Shown here: positions 47,824-60,700 of the stretch, piece by piece
Numbering within the stretch: position 1 is the first letter of the stretch
Layout: every line of letters begins with the position of its first letter
Notes under the pieces: generated by a model
Seen by the model: only the letters and a program-made list of their open reading frames with translations
Told to the model about the DNA's origin: nothing
The model's database searches: none
Translations under genes and position numbers: made by a program
Origin: Amoebophrya sp. A120
Lineage: Eukaryota > Protista > Dinoflagellata
NCBI GenBank assembly: GCA_905178155.1
Contig: CAJINV010000010.1
Location: forward strand, 3,492,587 to 3,556,586
DNA length: 64,000 nt
Direction: 5' to 3'

Positions 47824-48162
47824 CTATTGCATGCCGCTCGACCTACAAATGGAAAAATCATGTAGTGCTTTGTTCTTTTGTTCAAGACCATATATGCGCC
47901 TATACAAAAACTTGCCGACTGCGTTTTCGTTCGGGAAGGAATGGCTTTTCCTCTCGGTAGAAGAGAGATATTCTTGTTCGTCCCGACGTACCTCTCTCCC
48001 TGCAGGTGGAAGCCCCCCGCTCTGCTCCAGCAGAGGCGTGTCCCGAGTTTCGCCGGCAGGACTATGCGCGGCGAAGACACCCGGCAGGGCGGAGTTCTGT
48101 TGCAGCGCCGCAAGCTGCAGCAGAAGAGCAGTGGCGGAAGAAACGAAACGGGCGCCCGGCAT
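47824..48162 (-). CDS. Small putative secreted protein or first exon
   Basis: MPGARFVSSATALLLQLAALQQ signal-like N-terminus; 112 aa. Confidence 0.35.
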   Translation of the reverse strand: MPGARFVSSATALLLQLAALQQNSALPGVFAAHSPAGETRDTPLLEQSGGLPPAGREVRRDEQEYLSSTERKSHSFPNENAVGKFLYRRIYGLEQKNKALHDFSICRSSGMQ

Positions 48163-48699
48163 TTTTTCGTTTTTGTTTTTGGTAAAAATTTACGTAAACA
48201 CGATGCTCAGGGAAGTGATCGAGCGTTGATGGTCGTGGGGGTACTTACTTGCTTATTTTTATCGAGGCAAGTAGTAGATCTAGATTCAGCTATGCTAGTC
48301 GAGGTCGAGAGTAAGAAAGCTTATGAAAGATGAGTATGCACAGCGCAGCGGTGGAGCTAATTGAGTCCTTGTGGTTAACAAGAAGACGAAAAGCTTCGAC
48401 CGTGGCTGCTATAACAGGTTTGTATAAGGTGGTAGTTTTTTCGTTTTATTTGCCAGAAGTAATAGTTTAGCAAAGCAGTAATTCTCGTCGACGTTCAAGA
48501 AAAAAGGCTTTGCGATTGGCAGTAGAATGGTTTTTGATGAAATTCTCAATTACAGTTTTCGGAAGTATTCATTGAGATTTGCGTCATTTGGTTTTTGCGT
48601 TGGTTGGAACCCGATCCAAAAAGCAGAACTGTTCGCCCGTCCGCAAATTGCATCTGAGGCGCTTCAAGTATAGCACCCACTGCCTGGCACACGCAAAAG

Positions 48700-49230
48700 G
48701 TACGTACAGCGCGGCTTTTTGGGGATTGACCTACAGCGGGCGCGCGCAGCGCGCCGCGCAAAATTTTAGCACCCTGGCAAGCGCGGAAGCGGGTGCGCAA
48801 TAAATAAAACTCAGCACACACACAGCGCCAGTTGCGCCGATGATGTTCGAACACAGGTTATGAATTGCAAATTTCGATCTGGGTCTGGAAACTTTGGATC
48901 CGTCTGGGGCACTGCATGAAAAAATAAATACGGACAAACTGTCGATCTGCTAATATTTTAGGTCCCGTATAGGACTTAATATTCCACAGCGCATCAACAT
49001 GCCTTTTTGCAAAGCAATCCCGATGTTTTGCTTTTCGCACGCATGGATGCAAATTAACAGATGAGCTTCGAGGTGTCACTCATATAAAACCCCAACACGC
49101 TGCACAACAAATCTTGCATAGCCTTCTAGACCCAGACAGATTTTCAGACACCGGATATAGATCCGCTTGTCCTGCCGCGATCTGCTGTGCGAAGGAAAGC
49201 ACCGCGGCAGTGCCTACCATACCAGCCTAC
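48700..49230 (-). pseudogene. Truncated paralog of the 53052-54127 gene
   Basis: 48815-49225 aligns by eye to 53300-53720 including the same intron (..QADL|CSNIIGATG..); 5' part replaced. Confidence 0.6.
48859..49157. mobile_element. Degenerate A-like introner (paralog of 53345-53647)
   Basis: Eroded TIR; TSD caggt/tagat. Confidence 0.7.
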
Positions 49231-49336
49231 CATACCGATGTGCGTCTTCAATTCCCAGAGACGAACAGAGTGAACGTGTGCAGAGAAGAACGGAGTGAGA
49301 ACGCAACGGCCTCTCGTCTTAGCAAACTACGCAGGG

Positions 49337-49510
49337 TATCGCAAGAAAAAACTGTTTCACTGTGAACTTGTGATGCAGAAAAAGCATCACTGAAGTATTT
49401 GTCTTGCTACACATGCAAGACAGTGGACTTTTAGCTGTGTTTTCCCTTAGGAGTCTCGCATGGCAAATTTTCTCTGTCATGCAGCACAAACTTGTGATGC
49501 AAAAGTTGCA
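49337..49510. mobile_element. Family E introner, right end truncated
   Basis: Left end tatcgcaagaaaaaactgt plus several boxes; right TIR replaced by a duplicated block. Confidence 0.6.
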
Positions 49511-50380
49511 AAAGTTGTAGAGTGGTTTTTGATGAAATTCTCAATTACAGTTTTCGGAAAAGCTTTTTATTGCGACAGAGTGGTCTTCACGGTAGTAGTT
49601 GCAATCAGATTAACTGTGGCTCAGGCTTTGATTATCTGTGATGTAGGGGGAATATCTTCACGACTAGGTGGTATAAAATAATCAGGCACTACCTGATCGG
49701 TCACATCACGGGAACAAGTACAAGAACTTCTACCATTTTTTACACATGTACATAGACGCAGTGCTTCTGCTCCTCACCGATTTTATTTTTCGCCGGTTCG
49801 AATATGATCGTCCCCGGCTTCGAATATGATCGTCTGATGTCCCCGGCTTCGAATATGATCGTCACGCCGATTTATTATTTTTTGACCGATGTTATATTCC
49901 TTCGATCATGAACGAGCTCTGCCGGCTTCTGCTTGCAGTTCTCAGCAAGGGATCGATTTTTCTAAATTTCTAATATTTTAGATCATCGAAGTAGATCCTC
50001 GCGAGCAGATCTCTTGCCAGCGTCGTACTCGCAGTTCGACTTGTTACTCGTCCTCCGCAAGAATCTACTGATCAGCCGTCGACCGAGCGTTTTTGAACAA
50101 CCCTTAGAAGTCTGTCCCCGGAGTGTTGTACATCAGCGCTTTTGGCGCGGATGAAAACCACACTCCTTTATTCCACTACGCCAAGAGAATACGACGACAA
50201 CGCACGTGCGCCAACGCACGAGGGTTGCTTCTTCACAACCAAAACGATCAGCTGGCCGCACCAGCGAGACCGAGTTGCGCTGGCAAGCAGTTATGGTAAA
50301 ATTGGTTCTTCTTACAGATTCTGCCTGCTTCTTGGAGTCCAAGAGGCGTCTCAGCACCCGGAGGCGGAGAGCGCAAAAGC

Positions 50381-51338
50381 TAAGGGTGCGCAGCCCACTA
50401 GCAGCAGACCGGGGCTCGAACGAAAAAATATTTTGCTCTGAAAATTTTAAAAATTTTTGATTTCTGCGCGCCGGTTCGAGAAGGCGGCTTTGAGGTGGTT
50501 TCCAGGATGCACAACTGCGACGGCCGACTTGCGCTGCGTGTCCGGGACCAAGATGCGGCATGAACATCTCTCGCCGAGCCCGGTCCGGGGAGTCGGTTTA
50601 GGAAGAGAAAAGAAGCTACCGGCGAAGCGCTTTGGCTGCCGATCGCGTGTCGATATAGAAAACATACAAAAAGCGACCTCTGCAGGACCTTCAGAGTCTA
50701 CTACAGAGCAAACGGCTCCAAAAACCAGGCCAAGAGTCGCGCCGTCGATGTCGCCGGCTGCGGGCACCGTGCTCTATAATCTAGAAAGTTTTCTCTTGTG
50801 GCGGCAGGTCAGGGATGACCAATCTCGGAAATACTCCTCCGGAATGCCATTTCGAAATGAATTCTAAAAGAAATCGACTCCGAAATGGCATTCCAATCAC
50901 CCATTCCGACAGGGCATGCCGAAAAGGCATTTCGAAAAGGCATTTCGAGATGGCATTCCGAAACGGCATCTCGACGAGACACCCTCTGCAAGTCTGGGCG
51001 TCAGGTTGGTGCGCATTCTCATGCGCCAAAACAAAAAGCGTGGATCCTGAGCACTGATTTTGTGTTGCCACGCTTGAAAACCCGAACAGCACTAGCTCCA
51101 GCAGGGCCTCAACATATGGGCGCTTAAAGATCGCATCTAAAAGGCAGGACTGCGACATAAATTTGCTTGGAATATTACGCCCGTTCATCTACTGCGAAGT
51201 CCCCCAGTGCTTGCTTGATCTCCGATCTCATCCAGGATCGTCTTGTCGCGACGCGGATTTTTGAAATTTTGAAAAATTTTAGGGCAAAAAAAATATCCGT
51301 TTGAAACTGGTCTGCTGCTAGTGGGCTGCGCAGCCTTA
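50381..51338. mobile_element. Non-autonomous TIR DNA transposon (958 bp), 7-bp TSD
   Basis: TIR TAAGG(G/C)TGCGCAGCCCACTAGCAGCAGACC (29/30, extends imperfectly to about 88 bp); TSD caaaagc on both sides; internal GGCATTTCGAAA repeats at about 50830-50970; no transposase ORF. Confidence 0.85.
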
Positions 51339-53051
51339 CAAAAGCCTGTTTCTTGGAGTCCAAGAGGCGTCTCAGCACCCGGAGGCGGAGAGCGCCACCA
51401 AAAGGCGTCCACCAAAATGATGTTTCTCGTCCATGGTTGTTGCAGGCTGATGACTTTGGTATGAACCTGCACACTTTCTGACAAGCCTGTTGATTGCCTG
51501 ATCGCGTGCGCCGGCTCTGCAATTGATCTATATACGTATAGGTGCACATATAATACCTCTTCTTTGTTGCACGGTCATTCCTCCTCGCGAAGGAAAATAA
51601 AACAAGTACCTCCAACAACAAAATTCACACGCGATGTCGAAACCGGCTGAGCGAGGACCGGGCCCGCGCAAAATAAATCACATCGGATAGAATTCTAGTT
51701 ATTGCACGGCCAGTCCGTCGCTGCGGAGATGTTGATACAGTACTATGCAAGGGCATCGATCCAAATGTCGAGATCCAGAGAAAAGAAGTTCGTCGGAGCA
51801 GCAAGGAGTCAAAGTCTCGTCAAGATAGTTTAACTAAGGCATTGGACTTGAAGTTCGAACTCGCCCTCTTGGTTTAACAGAAATCATTTCCGCGTGTGGA
51901 AAATTGAAGCGGCCGCGTTTTCTCCACCAATCAATGCGAACTTACTATGACGGTTCGCTTCTACAGGAGATCTTCATCTTCTTCACCGTTGAAATAAAAC
52001 GGCACCGCTTCACTTTATCCGCGTGAAACAGGACAAACAGTTTTGCTCTATGTGTATCGCAGATCTTTCGCAGGTACTAGCAGCGCAGCAAAAACAAAAA
52101 TCTCTTCTGCTGCCTCAGGTTCTTTCGTCCGGCTTGTTAGAAGTAGTGGAACACATTGCAATAGGTGTGAACAAAGCACGCGCAAGGCTTGCAGCGCAGT
52201 CTCGTTCTCGTACGAGGCTCCACACGACAAGCATTCAGTTTTCGATGACATCTTCACCAATCTTCATCTTACAGATTACGGGGTATAGATGTTTCTTTTC
52301 GCTTGTTTCTGTGGGTGGTGGTCAGCGGTCGCCTCTTCCCATGTTTCTCGATCGACAGGGGCAGAGCTTCGCCTAATTGCCCCAGGCTCACAAATACCAA
52401 GTGGCAGTGTGTCCAAGAGGCTTCTCAGCGCGAACTTTCTTGGAGTCCAAGAGGTGTCTCAGCACCCGGAGGCGGAGAGCGCAAAACGTTTCCGTGGGGG
52501 ACGTCCTTCAAAAACACGGGAGTGGAAAGGATCTTCAGGGTAGTACTTTAAACCAAAAAAAATGATCATCTCTTCATTTTCTCTTCAGCATTCTTTCGGA
52601 AACATCCATGTGAGCCCTCGAGGAAGCTGCACCGGGGGGGTCGGCCCCTCTACGTCTTCGTTGTATTCGTGTTGTTGATGTTCCGAGCTATTAAAATGAC
52701 TACATTTTTGTTCCGAAAAATCATGGGAGAGCTAGTGGTCGTTGCACCAACTGGTGGGTTTTCACCCTGTACCTCCTTCTCAGCATGTACTACCGCAGGG
52801 AAAAATAAAATGGAAAAATTCACTCACCAGAGCGCTTCCACCTGCACGTGCACTACGTCTAGGTGGTCTACGCGCTGTATAACTTGAACATAAACATAGA
52901 CTTTCCACGATCATCTTACACCTTTCAAGGACAAAAATACGGTAAAATCTAAATTTCTTCATACACTGGTACTACTAGCGGTCATAGAAAATGAATAGCT
53001 AGTATCTGCTCGAATCTTTTTGAATGAAGGCCTACGATAGCCTAGACCGCC

Positions 53052-54127
53052 TCATGGTGTCGGTGCTTCAGGCAGACGTCGGGCGGTCCCGCTGAAGAAG
53101 GGGTCTCTGCTGGTGGCGGCAATCTGTTTCTGACGTTCCGCGGCCTTGTGCAGGCGCTGCAGCGAATCCACTTCCCGTGCAAATCCCTCTCTAGTCCTGA
53201 GCACATCGTCTTGCAAGATCTGTCTGTCCAGTACAGCCAGGCGTTGACGTAAGCCCTGTGTGAACGCGCCGCTGGGTTGAGCACAGGCCGCAGCACCCAT
53301 GAGCACGACAGTGCCGGTTGCTCCAATGATGTGTGAACACAGGTTATGAATTTTTGCGAACATCCAGCATCTGAGTCCAGAAACTAACTTGTCATGCCAG
53401 TCTGCGAGAAGTCAGTGACGGGCACTGCATCGGAAAAATACGGACAGACTTTTGCTCTGCGTATATTATTCCACAGGGCATCAACATGCCTTTTTGCGAG
53501 GCGGGCGCGGGGATCTAGATCTTTTCGCAGCAGTAAGTACCCATGCATGAGAGTGCTTGGAGTAAACATGATCCTCCCAAACAAGCAAAACAAATCTTGC
53601 GAAATAAATCTTTTCTAGACCCAGACAGATTTTCGCACCGGAGGATACAGATCCGCTTGTCCTGCCTGCAGTTGCCGTGCGGAGGAAGCCACCAAGGCAG
53701 TCCCTGCCGTACCAGCCGCAACGCAGCAGCTCTGGACCATGTCGAGGGTTTGCTGGATTTTTTCCCGCTCTCTGTCAAGCAAAGCCCTCTCCTCCGGGTG
53801 GAACGGCTGGGCGCCGACGCCCCCTACAGACTCGTTTATGGCTTCTTTAGCCCGCTGCAGCGCACGATATTGGTCAGGGCGTGAGCCTCCGACGAGCGGA
53901 CGCTCCGCAGCTGGAGCTTCCGCCCGCCGCTGCCGCTGCTGCGCGTCCCGCCGCGCACTAGCACGGGCAGCGCGAGCAACCCCACCGTTATTTGCATTCC
54001 GGGGTGTAGCAGCGGGAGTTGCACCTCCGGCAGCGTGCAACCGTACCGCAGACGCAGGCTTGAAGAAAGCCAGGTGCAGCTGCCCCAACGCCACGAGGCG
54101 GACGGACAGGTTCAAAAGACGCGACAT
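53052..54127 (-). CDS. Putative secreted protein with hydrophobic hairpin; one introner
   Basis: MSRLLNLSVRLVALGQLHLAFFKPASA leader; in-frame join AGQADL|CSHIIGATGTVVLMGAAAC after removing 53345-53647 plus TSD. Confidence 0.7.
53345..53647. mobile_element. Degenerate A-like introner
   Basis: Eroded TIR; TSD caggt/cagat; frame restored on removal. Confidence 0.8.
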
Positions 54128-55388
54128 TTTGATCACCAGTCTCGACGATTTTGCAGTACTTATACTTACTAGACGGGGGTATAATGTTGATAACAGAATA
54201 GTACTTTTTGAGTTGGAGTTTTAGCAACGCAGGAGAAGTAGCTCAAGTACAAGAACAATTCGCTATATCACGACAGTATGTAGTTGCAGGGGGTTCTTGC
54301 GGCGGGGTTGTATACCTACGCGATAAGCAAGAAGAGCTGTGATGCTGAAAGGAGCCTAGAAGAAATATTACAACTCGGCGCTATATGAAGATGTAACTAA
54401 GTGGGGGAAATACACTAGTTTGTGTTTCTACTTTGTGGGTTGGTACTGATCAATCACTTCCGTGGTCGTTTAGTTGCAAGTGGAAGTTTTTACAATCGTA
54501 CAACTACTTCAGCGAAGAAGTTGATGTTCGAAAAAAAGGCTTATTTGCGATTGGTAGTAGAATGGCTTTTGATGAAATTCTAGTTTTCAAAAAAGCTGTT
54601 TGCGACACCAGAGTGGTCTTCACGGTACTAGTAGTTGCAATCAGATTCTTTGTGGCTCAGGCTTTGATTATTTGTGTAGGGGAAATATCTACTTCACGAC
54701 GGACTAGGTGGTATAAAAGACACCCTAGGTGATGTAAAATAATCAGGGAACTGATATGTCGTAGCGAGGGAACAAGAATTTCTACCAGCATTTTATTCTA
54801 CACATGTACACTTTCCTCACCGACTTTTTTTACACGGTCCTCGTCTTTTCTCCTCAAGCCGATTTTCTTGACCAATGTAGTCCATGGCTCCTGCTGCGTG
54901 GTACTTACTAATACTTCACTCTATGCAGGAGAACGAGCTGCCAGGTAATATTTCGACTAGAAGTCACAGAGGCTTTCACAATTTCTTGAGGATCGTGGAA
55001 ACAAGGTCGACTTTTCCAAACCAAGGATCGCAATCGTGCAACCGAAAATTATCCTGAAAGACCACAAGAACAACTCGGAGCCTTTTTATTACCGACTTTA
55101 TTATTTCGAGATCTGCTCCGTGTTGTTGATCATTTTTTTCCATGCAATATAAACACAGCGAACAGTAGAACAAGATCAACAGCCGTGGACACTTCTGTTG
55201 AACGCAGCTATCAATCTTCTGTAGAACTAGTAGCGCAGAAGAATTCGATTAGCACATTGCACCGCCATGTGAGCAGGGCCTGCTGCTTCTTGTTCTTGCC
55301 TGCTCGTGTAGACTACAACTACATGGCTATGGTACTAGTAAGCTCTGTCCCTTGCCACCCAAGAGGTTGGTATTGGTTTGGATCATGC

Positions 55389-56921
55389 CTATGCTGGTAT
55401 TGGTCGCACTCCGGTGTAAATCGTGTATTTCGACGCGGCAAACTTCACGTCTCCGTTATTGACATTGAGAGGAGGAACGTCCTTGGGCGAGCCCGTCTCT
55501 TTCAGCCTAGCTACTCGCTTACGAGCTTCTCCCGCTTTCTCCTGCGCGCGCGTTTCCTCTTCCGGACTCTCGAAGGCCTCCTCCGTGCGGAGATCGATTG
55601 TGATTTTAATCAGGCTCCTCCCCGTGGGGTCCTTCGAAACCAGCTGCCGGTCGTCATAGAAGAAAATGTCCAGGGTATGAGTCAAGAGCGGCCCCCGGAA
55701 CGCACGAAGGCGGAGCTTGGTTGTGCGACATTGAAAACGAGTGATCCGCCGAAATGGTCCACCTCTTTCCTGGTCATCTTCCGCAGTCGCCGCCCTTTCT
55801 TCCGCGTCTTCAAGAAAGTAGTCGGCACTGATACCCCAGACTGCTTCGGTGTCGAGGTAGCCCATAGCTGGAAAAGCGTTCGTCGGTACGGTCTGCTGCA
55901 GGTAGTCCACCGTATCTTTTTGCTTTCCCTCCAGTTTCCGATGGATGCTGTTTTGCCCTGCCTTTTTTCTGCTCTCGACAATTCGCGCCCAGAGTGTTGT
56001 TGGTTGCGACGGGCAAATTGACGGCTTCCGCGTACGCCCTCCATATAAAGCGAGAAGATCAGCGTCTTCGAAGAATTCCATTGGCCCGATTTGCGTTTGG
56101 GCCTCGTCGCGATTGATGTGCTTTTTGACCGCTCTGTACACGTCCCAATGCGTGACATCCTCCACTGCGTCGCCCCCGTCCAAACGCGCACGCAGCAACG
56201 GCTCCAGCCAAGATGCCGCTGGGGGAAGGGAATCCCACGCAGCGAGTTGAGGGTCCTGAGCCTCGGAGGCTGATACTCGTGCCTCGGCTTCGGCCAGTGC
56301 GACAAAAAAGGCATTGGAATGGGCCCGTAGGCTTGATGTGTCTATTGAGCCCCGACGGGCTGCCAAAACCGCCGGTAGAAGGACTCCGGGCTTGTACTCA
56401 AATCCTCGCTCGTACCGAACTGGATCTTCCCCTATCTGCTTGTCAACCCGCACGGGACCACCCGTCAAGTGTGCGGCAATGTTGTCCATGATCGGCCTCT
56501 TTTTGGGTAGCCCGAGTCCCCCCATCTGCGGCATAAAGATATCGAGCGTTTTCGCGAGCTTGTCAGTCGGGCTCCTGGGCAGTTTTGACAAGCGGTCAAA
56601 CGCGAGCAAGACCGCCGGCAGCTTGTAATCGGGCGATTCCGGCGCGGGGGCAACCGCATTCTCGCTGCCAGCACCACCGTCTCCGTGACCAGCAGGGGCT
56701 GCGCCACCAGGCGGATCATCGCCTGCATCACCATGTTGGCCACCGCCTGCGCCAGCACGACCACGACGCCTGCCACGACCGGGACGTTCGCTCAACACGC
56801 GACGTCGCTCTAGAAGAACCTTCAGCAAAACCGCAGCGACCCGGGCTTTGTCGTCAAAATGAACGACCACGCCCCCGGCTAAGAGGAGCCTTCCGCAAAG
56901 TTTCGCGAAAATTTTGGACAT
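55389..56921 (-). CDS. Intronless hypothetical protein (about 510 aa), possible signal-like leader
   Basis: Long open ORF, ATG 56921; no recognisable family motif. Confidence 0.7.
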   Translation of the reverse strand: MSKIFAKLCGRLLLAGGVVVHFDDKARVAAVLLKVLLERRRVLSERPGRGRRRGRAGAGGGQHGDAGDDPPGGAAPAGHGDGGAGSENAVAPAPESPDYKLPAVLLAFDRLSKLPRSPTDKLAKTLDIFMPQMGGLGLPKKRPIMDNIAAHLTGGPVRVDKQIGEDPVRYERGFEYKPGVLLPAVLAARRGSIDTSSLRAHSNAFFVALAEAEARVSASEAQDPQLAAWDSLPPAASWLEPLLRARLDGGDAVEDVTHWDVYRAVKKHINRDEAQTQIGPMEFFEDADLLALYGGRTRKPSICPSQPTTLWARIVESRKKAGQNSIHRKLEGKQKDTVDYLQQTVPTNAFPAMGYLDTEAVWGISADYFLEDAEERAATAEDDQERGGPFRRITRFQCRTTKLRLRAFRGPLLTHTLDIFFYDDRQLVSKDPTGRSLIKITIDLRTEEAFESPEEETRAQEKAGEARKRVARLKETGSPKDVPPLNVNNGDVKFAASKYTIYTGVRPIPA

Positions 56922-57448
56922 GATAGATTCAACAGTGGTCAAAAGGTAACTTAAAATTTGTTTTTTCTGTCTACTTTATTCACTTTTCGATTTGCACTTG
57001 ATGAAGTAGAGACGTTTCGAAACAAATCTCGATATGTGCGAACTGTCGATACTGTTGATGAAGCGAGCTAGTTTGTGTTAGTTTGTAGTTCTTTTGGAAA
57101 TTATCCTCGTGTTCTTTTTTTGTTCACTGAACGGCGCAAGTAGAAGAGAGTAATTGTTTTTAATGAAGTACTTGTGGCCTGCTTCGTTTTTACATGATCG
57201 AGAGGATCTTCATTCTCTGTGAAAGTGATTACAGTGGTGGACCTAGTTCTTCTCGGGGAAAACGCGCAAACGTGTTGCGGTTGCGCGACACGTAAAAATC
57301 CGACCGATCGACAGTTCTGCTCAAGGGATCTGTTTTTCTAAATTTCTTCTTCGTTCTTCCAGGGATCTCGACATAATAATTTTACATCATCGAAGTAGAT
57401 CCTCGCGAGCAGATGATCTCTTGCAAAAAATTATTTCCACGTCTTTGC

Positions 57449-57511
57449 TAGAGTCGTATTAAGTACTTTTTTTTTTTTAAGATGTAAGTACATAGAGTCG
57501 TATTAAGTACT
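57449..57511. repeat. 19-bp direct repeat flanking poly-T plus short filler
   Basis: tagagtcgtattaagtact at 57449-57467 and 57493-57511. Confidence 0.85.
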
Positions 57512-57709
57512 CTCAGTTATTGCTCCTCCGCGGGAATCGAATGGCACGTCTTAGACGTGGTTCTACTTCTGCAACATTCTGCAAGATTCTTCTCCATTTT
57601 CTCTACAGTCTTTCCGAAACATCCATGTCCGCCCGCCAAGGAGCCGCGCCGGGGCTTCCCCTCGACGCAAATGAAGAACCTAAGTTGAAGATCACCTTCT
57701 TCTTCAGTG

Positions 57710-60700
57710 CTACAATTTGCTAAATTTTGGCTTTTGTTTCATCATGCTGGCCTGAACGGCCGCTGGCAAATCCTCCGACTGCAAGTATGGCGGAGGAAAA
57801 GTAGAAACCTGCGGATCAGATGTTTACTCTGTGAGATGAAATTAGAGGTCGTAGTTCCTGCTGTTGACCACTTCATTTTAATTTTGCAGAAGAGTAAAAA
57901 TCGTAGATGATGAAGATGCCGCACTGTTGACATAATCACAATTACCATATAAACCTTTTTCTGCAAAATGCAAAAGTACTATTTAGTACTTTTACTTTAA
58001 TATCGCATGACAAACGCTCTTGCTTTGACATATTCTTCGCTTCTATTCCACATCAACAGCTGCATCAAATTTTTCTTCTCACAGAAGCATGACCACCTCC
58101 GAGGTCCAGCCAGAAGGTGAAAAAAGTAATTGTGTCTCCTCATGGATAGCAGCAGCGAGCCGTTCAGCGTTCTCACGTATTCCAGGCCTGCTTCTTGGCT
58201 GTGGTCGGCAGAAAACAGCAGGGTCTTCTTGGTCCCCACGATGGCCACAGGGGCGAGCGACGCGATTTCCAAGGCGCAATTGTGGGCAATTTGCTCCAAT
58301 TTTTCCCGTATCAAATGTAAAAATTTCTGGGTCTGGAAGATTGACATGCTAGTCTGGCATGACTCTGCACTCTGTATTGCGCGGCCACCAAGAGGTCCTC
58401 TTGCCTATCATGCAAAAGCGCAGTTTCTCATGCGAAACACGCATCACAGAAGCACGAAAAAACTTGTCATGCTTGGCGGCGCATTAAAGAGCACTTATTG
58501 TTCACGGACTTGCATCACAAGTTTCCAGACCCAGACATTTTTACATTTGATATCCCGATCCGTGTTGCTGCAGTTGAAAGACTGGGAAAAACCGTATGGA
58601 AGCGTCAGGTTTGAAATCGACAAAGTTGAAATAGTTTGTCATGCATAAAATGCAACCCACAAAATGCCTGTCTTGCAGAGTAGGCAAGGGAGGCAGATTG
58701 TAAGCCTGTTGAGGGGTAGAAATAGAGCTGCTGAAGTAGCATGACAAAAGGCGTCTTCCTTACCGAAACAGCATCACAAACTGGATTTTGGCTCTACCCA
58801 AATTTGTCATGCGCCACTTGGAGACTGGGTTACAACTGGTATCCGTTTTATGCATGACAAACTATTTCAACTTTGTCGATTTCAAACCTGACACATCCAT
58901 AAACCGAGCTGGTGGCGTATAACATGCTAAGGTGGAGCTACAATTTCATCAAACGTTTACAATAAAGTCGGGACTTTGTCTTGCATGAATAAAAGCATGA
59001 GGAGTACCTATACAGAGCCTTGCGCTTTTCGCAATACAAATTTCGCAAGATTTTGAGGTGGTTTTGGAGGTCGTGCCCCGGAACTTGTCATGCGTATTTA
59101 TTTTCCTGCGACGAGAGTAGGTCAGGTCACATGACGCACTTTTTGCATCACAAGAAGTAGAAGTCTACGTTTTTATTCTTCTTGTCACGCTCGACGAGAT
59201 TGTAGTAACACCTGAGCAGGTGATATGCTCCGCGGTCTCACCGGTGAAATCGCGCCCGGTGTAGAGAAGCTTTGGTATGCGCAGGAAATATTTTTTCAAC
59301 ATCTCCCCCTTCCTAGATGCAAACTCGAACTTCTACATTTGCCCTGCGCGATCATCACGATTGCAGTGGTGGAATGGCATGATAATGATTGCATACGCAA
59401 AGTTATATGAAAATGCATGCTACCTGATGTTCATGTTGTTGAAGCCGGTTCAAGAACACGAGTTTCATTTCTTCTTCTGGTCAGAAAAAAATGTTGACAA
59501 TCCCCATTCGATAGCAGTCAAGAGCGACGTATTTCCTGTGCAAAGCCGAGGCATCCGTTGAAGAGCACCTGATGTGTTGTTCGTTGTAGAAGTGTCTGTG
59601 GGGGCCTTGTTCTTCTTACTCGCTTTTGAGATAACTTTAAGGAATTTCCTACGTTTGATATTCCAGCCGATCGTCGATCAGATGCTCCCGGGACACCTTG
59701 TTTTCGGACCGAAGCGTCCGCTTGAAATCAGCACTGCCGCGGTCCTATGCAGAAGTGTAAATATGTCTACCAGGTCTGGAAGGATGTTGGAACTTGTAAT
59801 GCTATCTGCGGAATCTAAAAATATCTGTGTTCTTGCATGAGCAGCAAGAGGAGTCCAGTTCTTTGCACGCGGAGAGGGCAACATTTCTCATGCGTGATAA
59901 GCATCAAGAGCAGGCCCTCAAAAAATCTGTTATGCTAGGACCTGCACCACAGACCTCACGGGTCATGCAAAATGTGCATGACAAAACCCGACTCTTCCAG
60001 GCATCCAGGGATATTTGCATTTGATAGGTCCTGTCGGAGCTAAAACGCATTCATACCGGGGAGGCGACGGAGCTGGGCGCGGCAGATCGCCTCTGGAACC
60101 GGGCTATCCTGTGCAAAAGTATCGTACTCGTATTGCAATCATGCATTACAAATCATCTTGTCAAAGCAAATCAGCATCACAAATCTTATTTTTCATGCTG
60201 GGGAAATTTGTAATGCATTTTATGCATTTATACGAGTGCGATACTTTTGCAATGCATACGGGCGCTCCTGATGCACCGGCTGCGAGTATCCTCGGTAAAA
60301 ACGGGCTTAGTCAAGACGAGCACAATTTTGGAAGACAAGAAATCCAGGGCTTTATTTGGGACTCACGCATGACAAGTTCTTTGGGTATAAGTATGCAGTG
60401 TAGTCGTGCCTTCTAGAAGCGAAGTACTCCAGACGCGTCACAAATCCGCTGAGTGATCCTGATTAGCGCATGGCAGATTCTTGACCCTCCCGAACACTGC
60501 TGGAAAATGCCTCCCGCTTTCACGGAAGGCCGCATAAGAACACGTCGCGAGCATGCAAATTTGCATGACAAGTCTGGGGCAGGGACGTTTTTACTCAGGA
60601 TTGAGAGACGAGAAGTGGAAGGCTCGGGAGGGAAAAGGAATTTCGGGAAAGAATTTCAGAGATTTTGAAATCACCATTGCCCGCATTTTATGCATTGCAA

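Noticed and set aside
50329-51394. 45-bp direct repeat as the TSD of the TAAGG element
   Set aside because: The real TSD is 7 bp (caaaagc); the long repeat is a pre-existing tandem duplication.
55185-56923. Plus-strand ORFs overlapping the 517-codon minus ORF
   Set aside because: Antisense shadows in GC-rich coding DNA.
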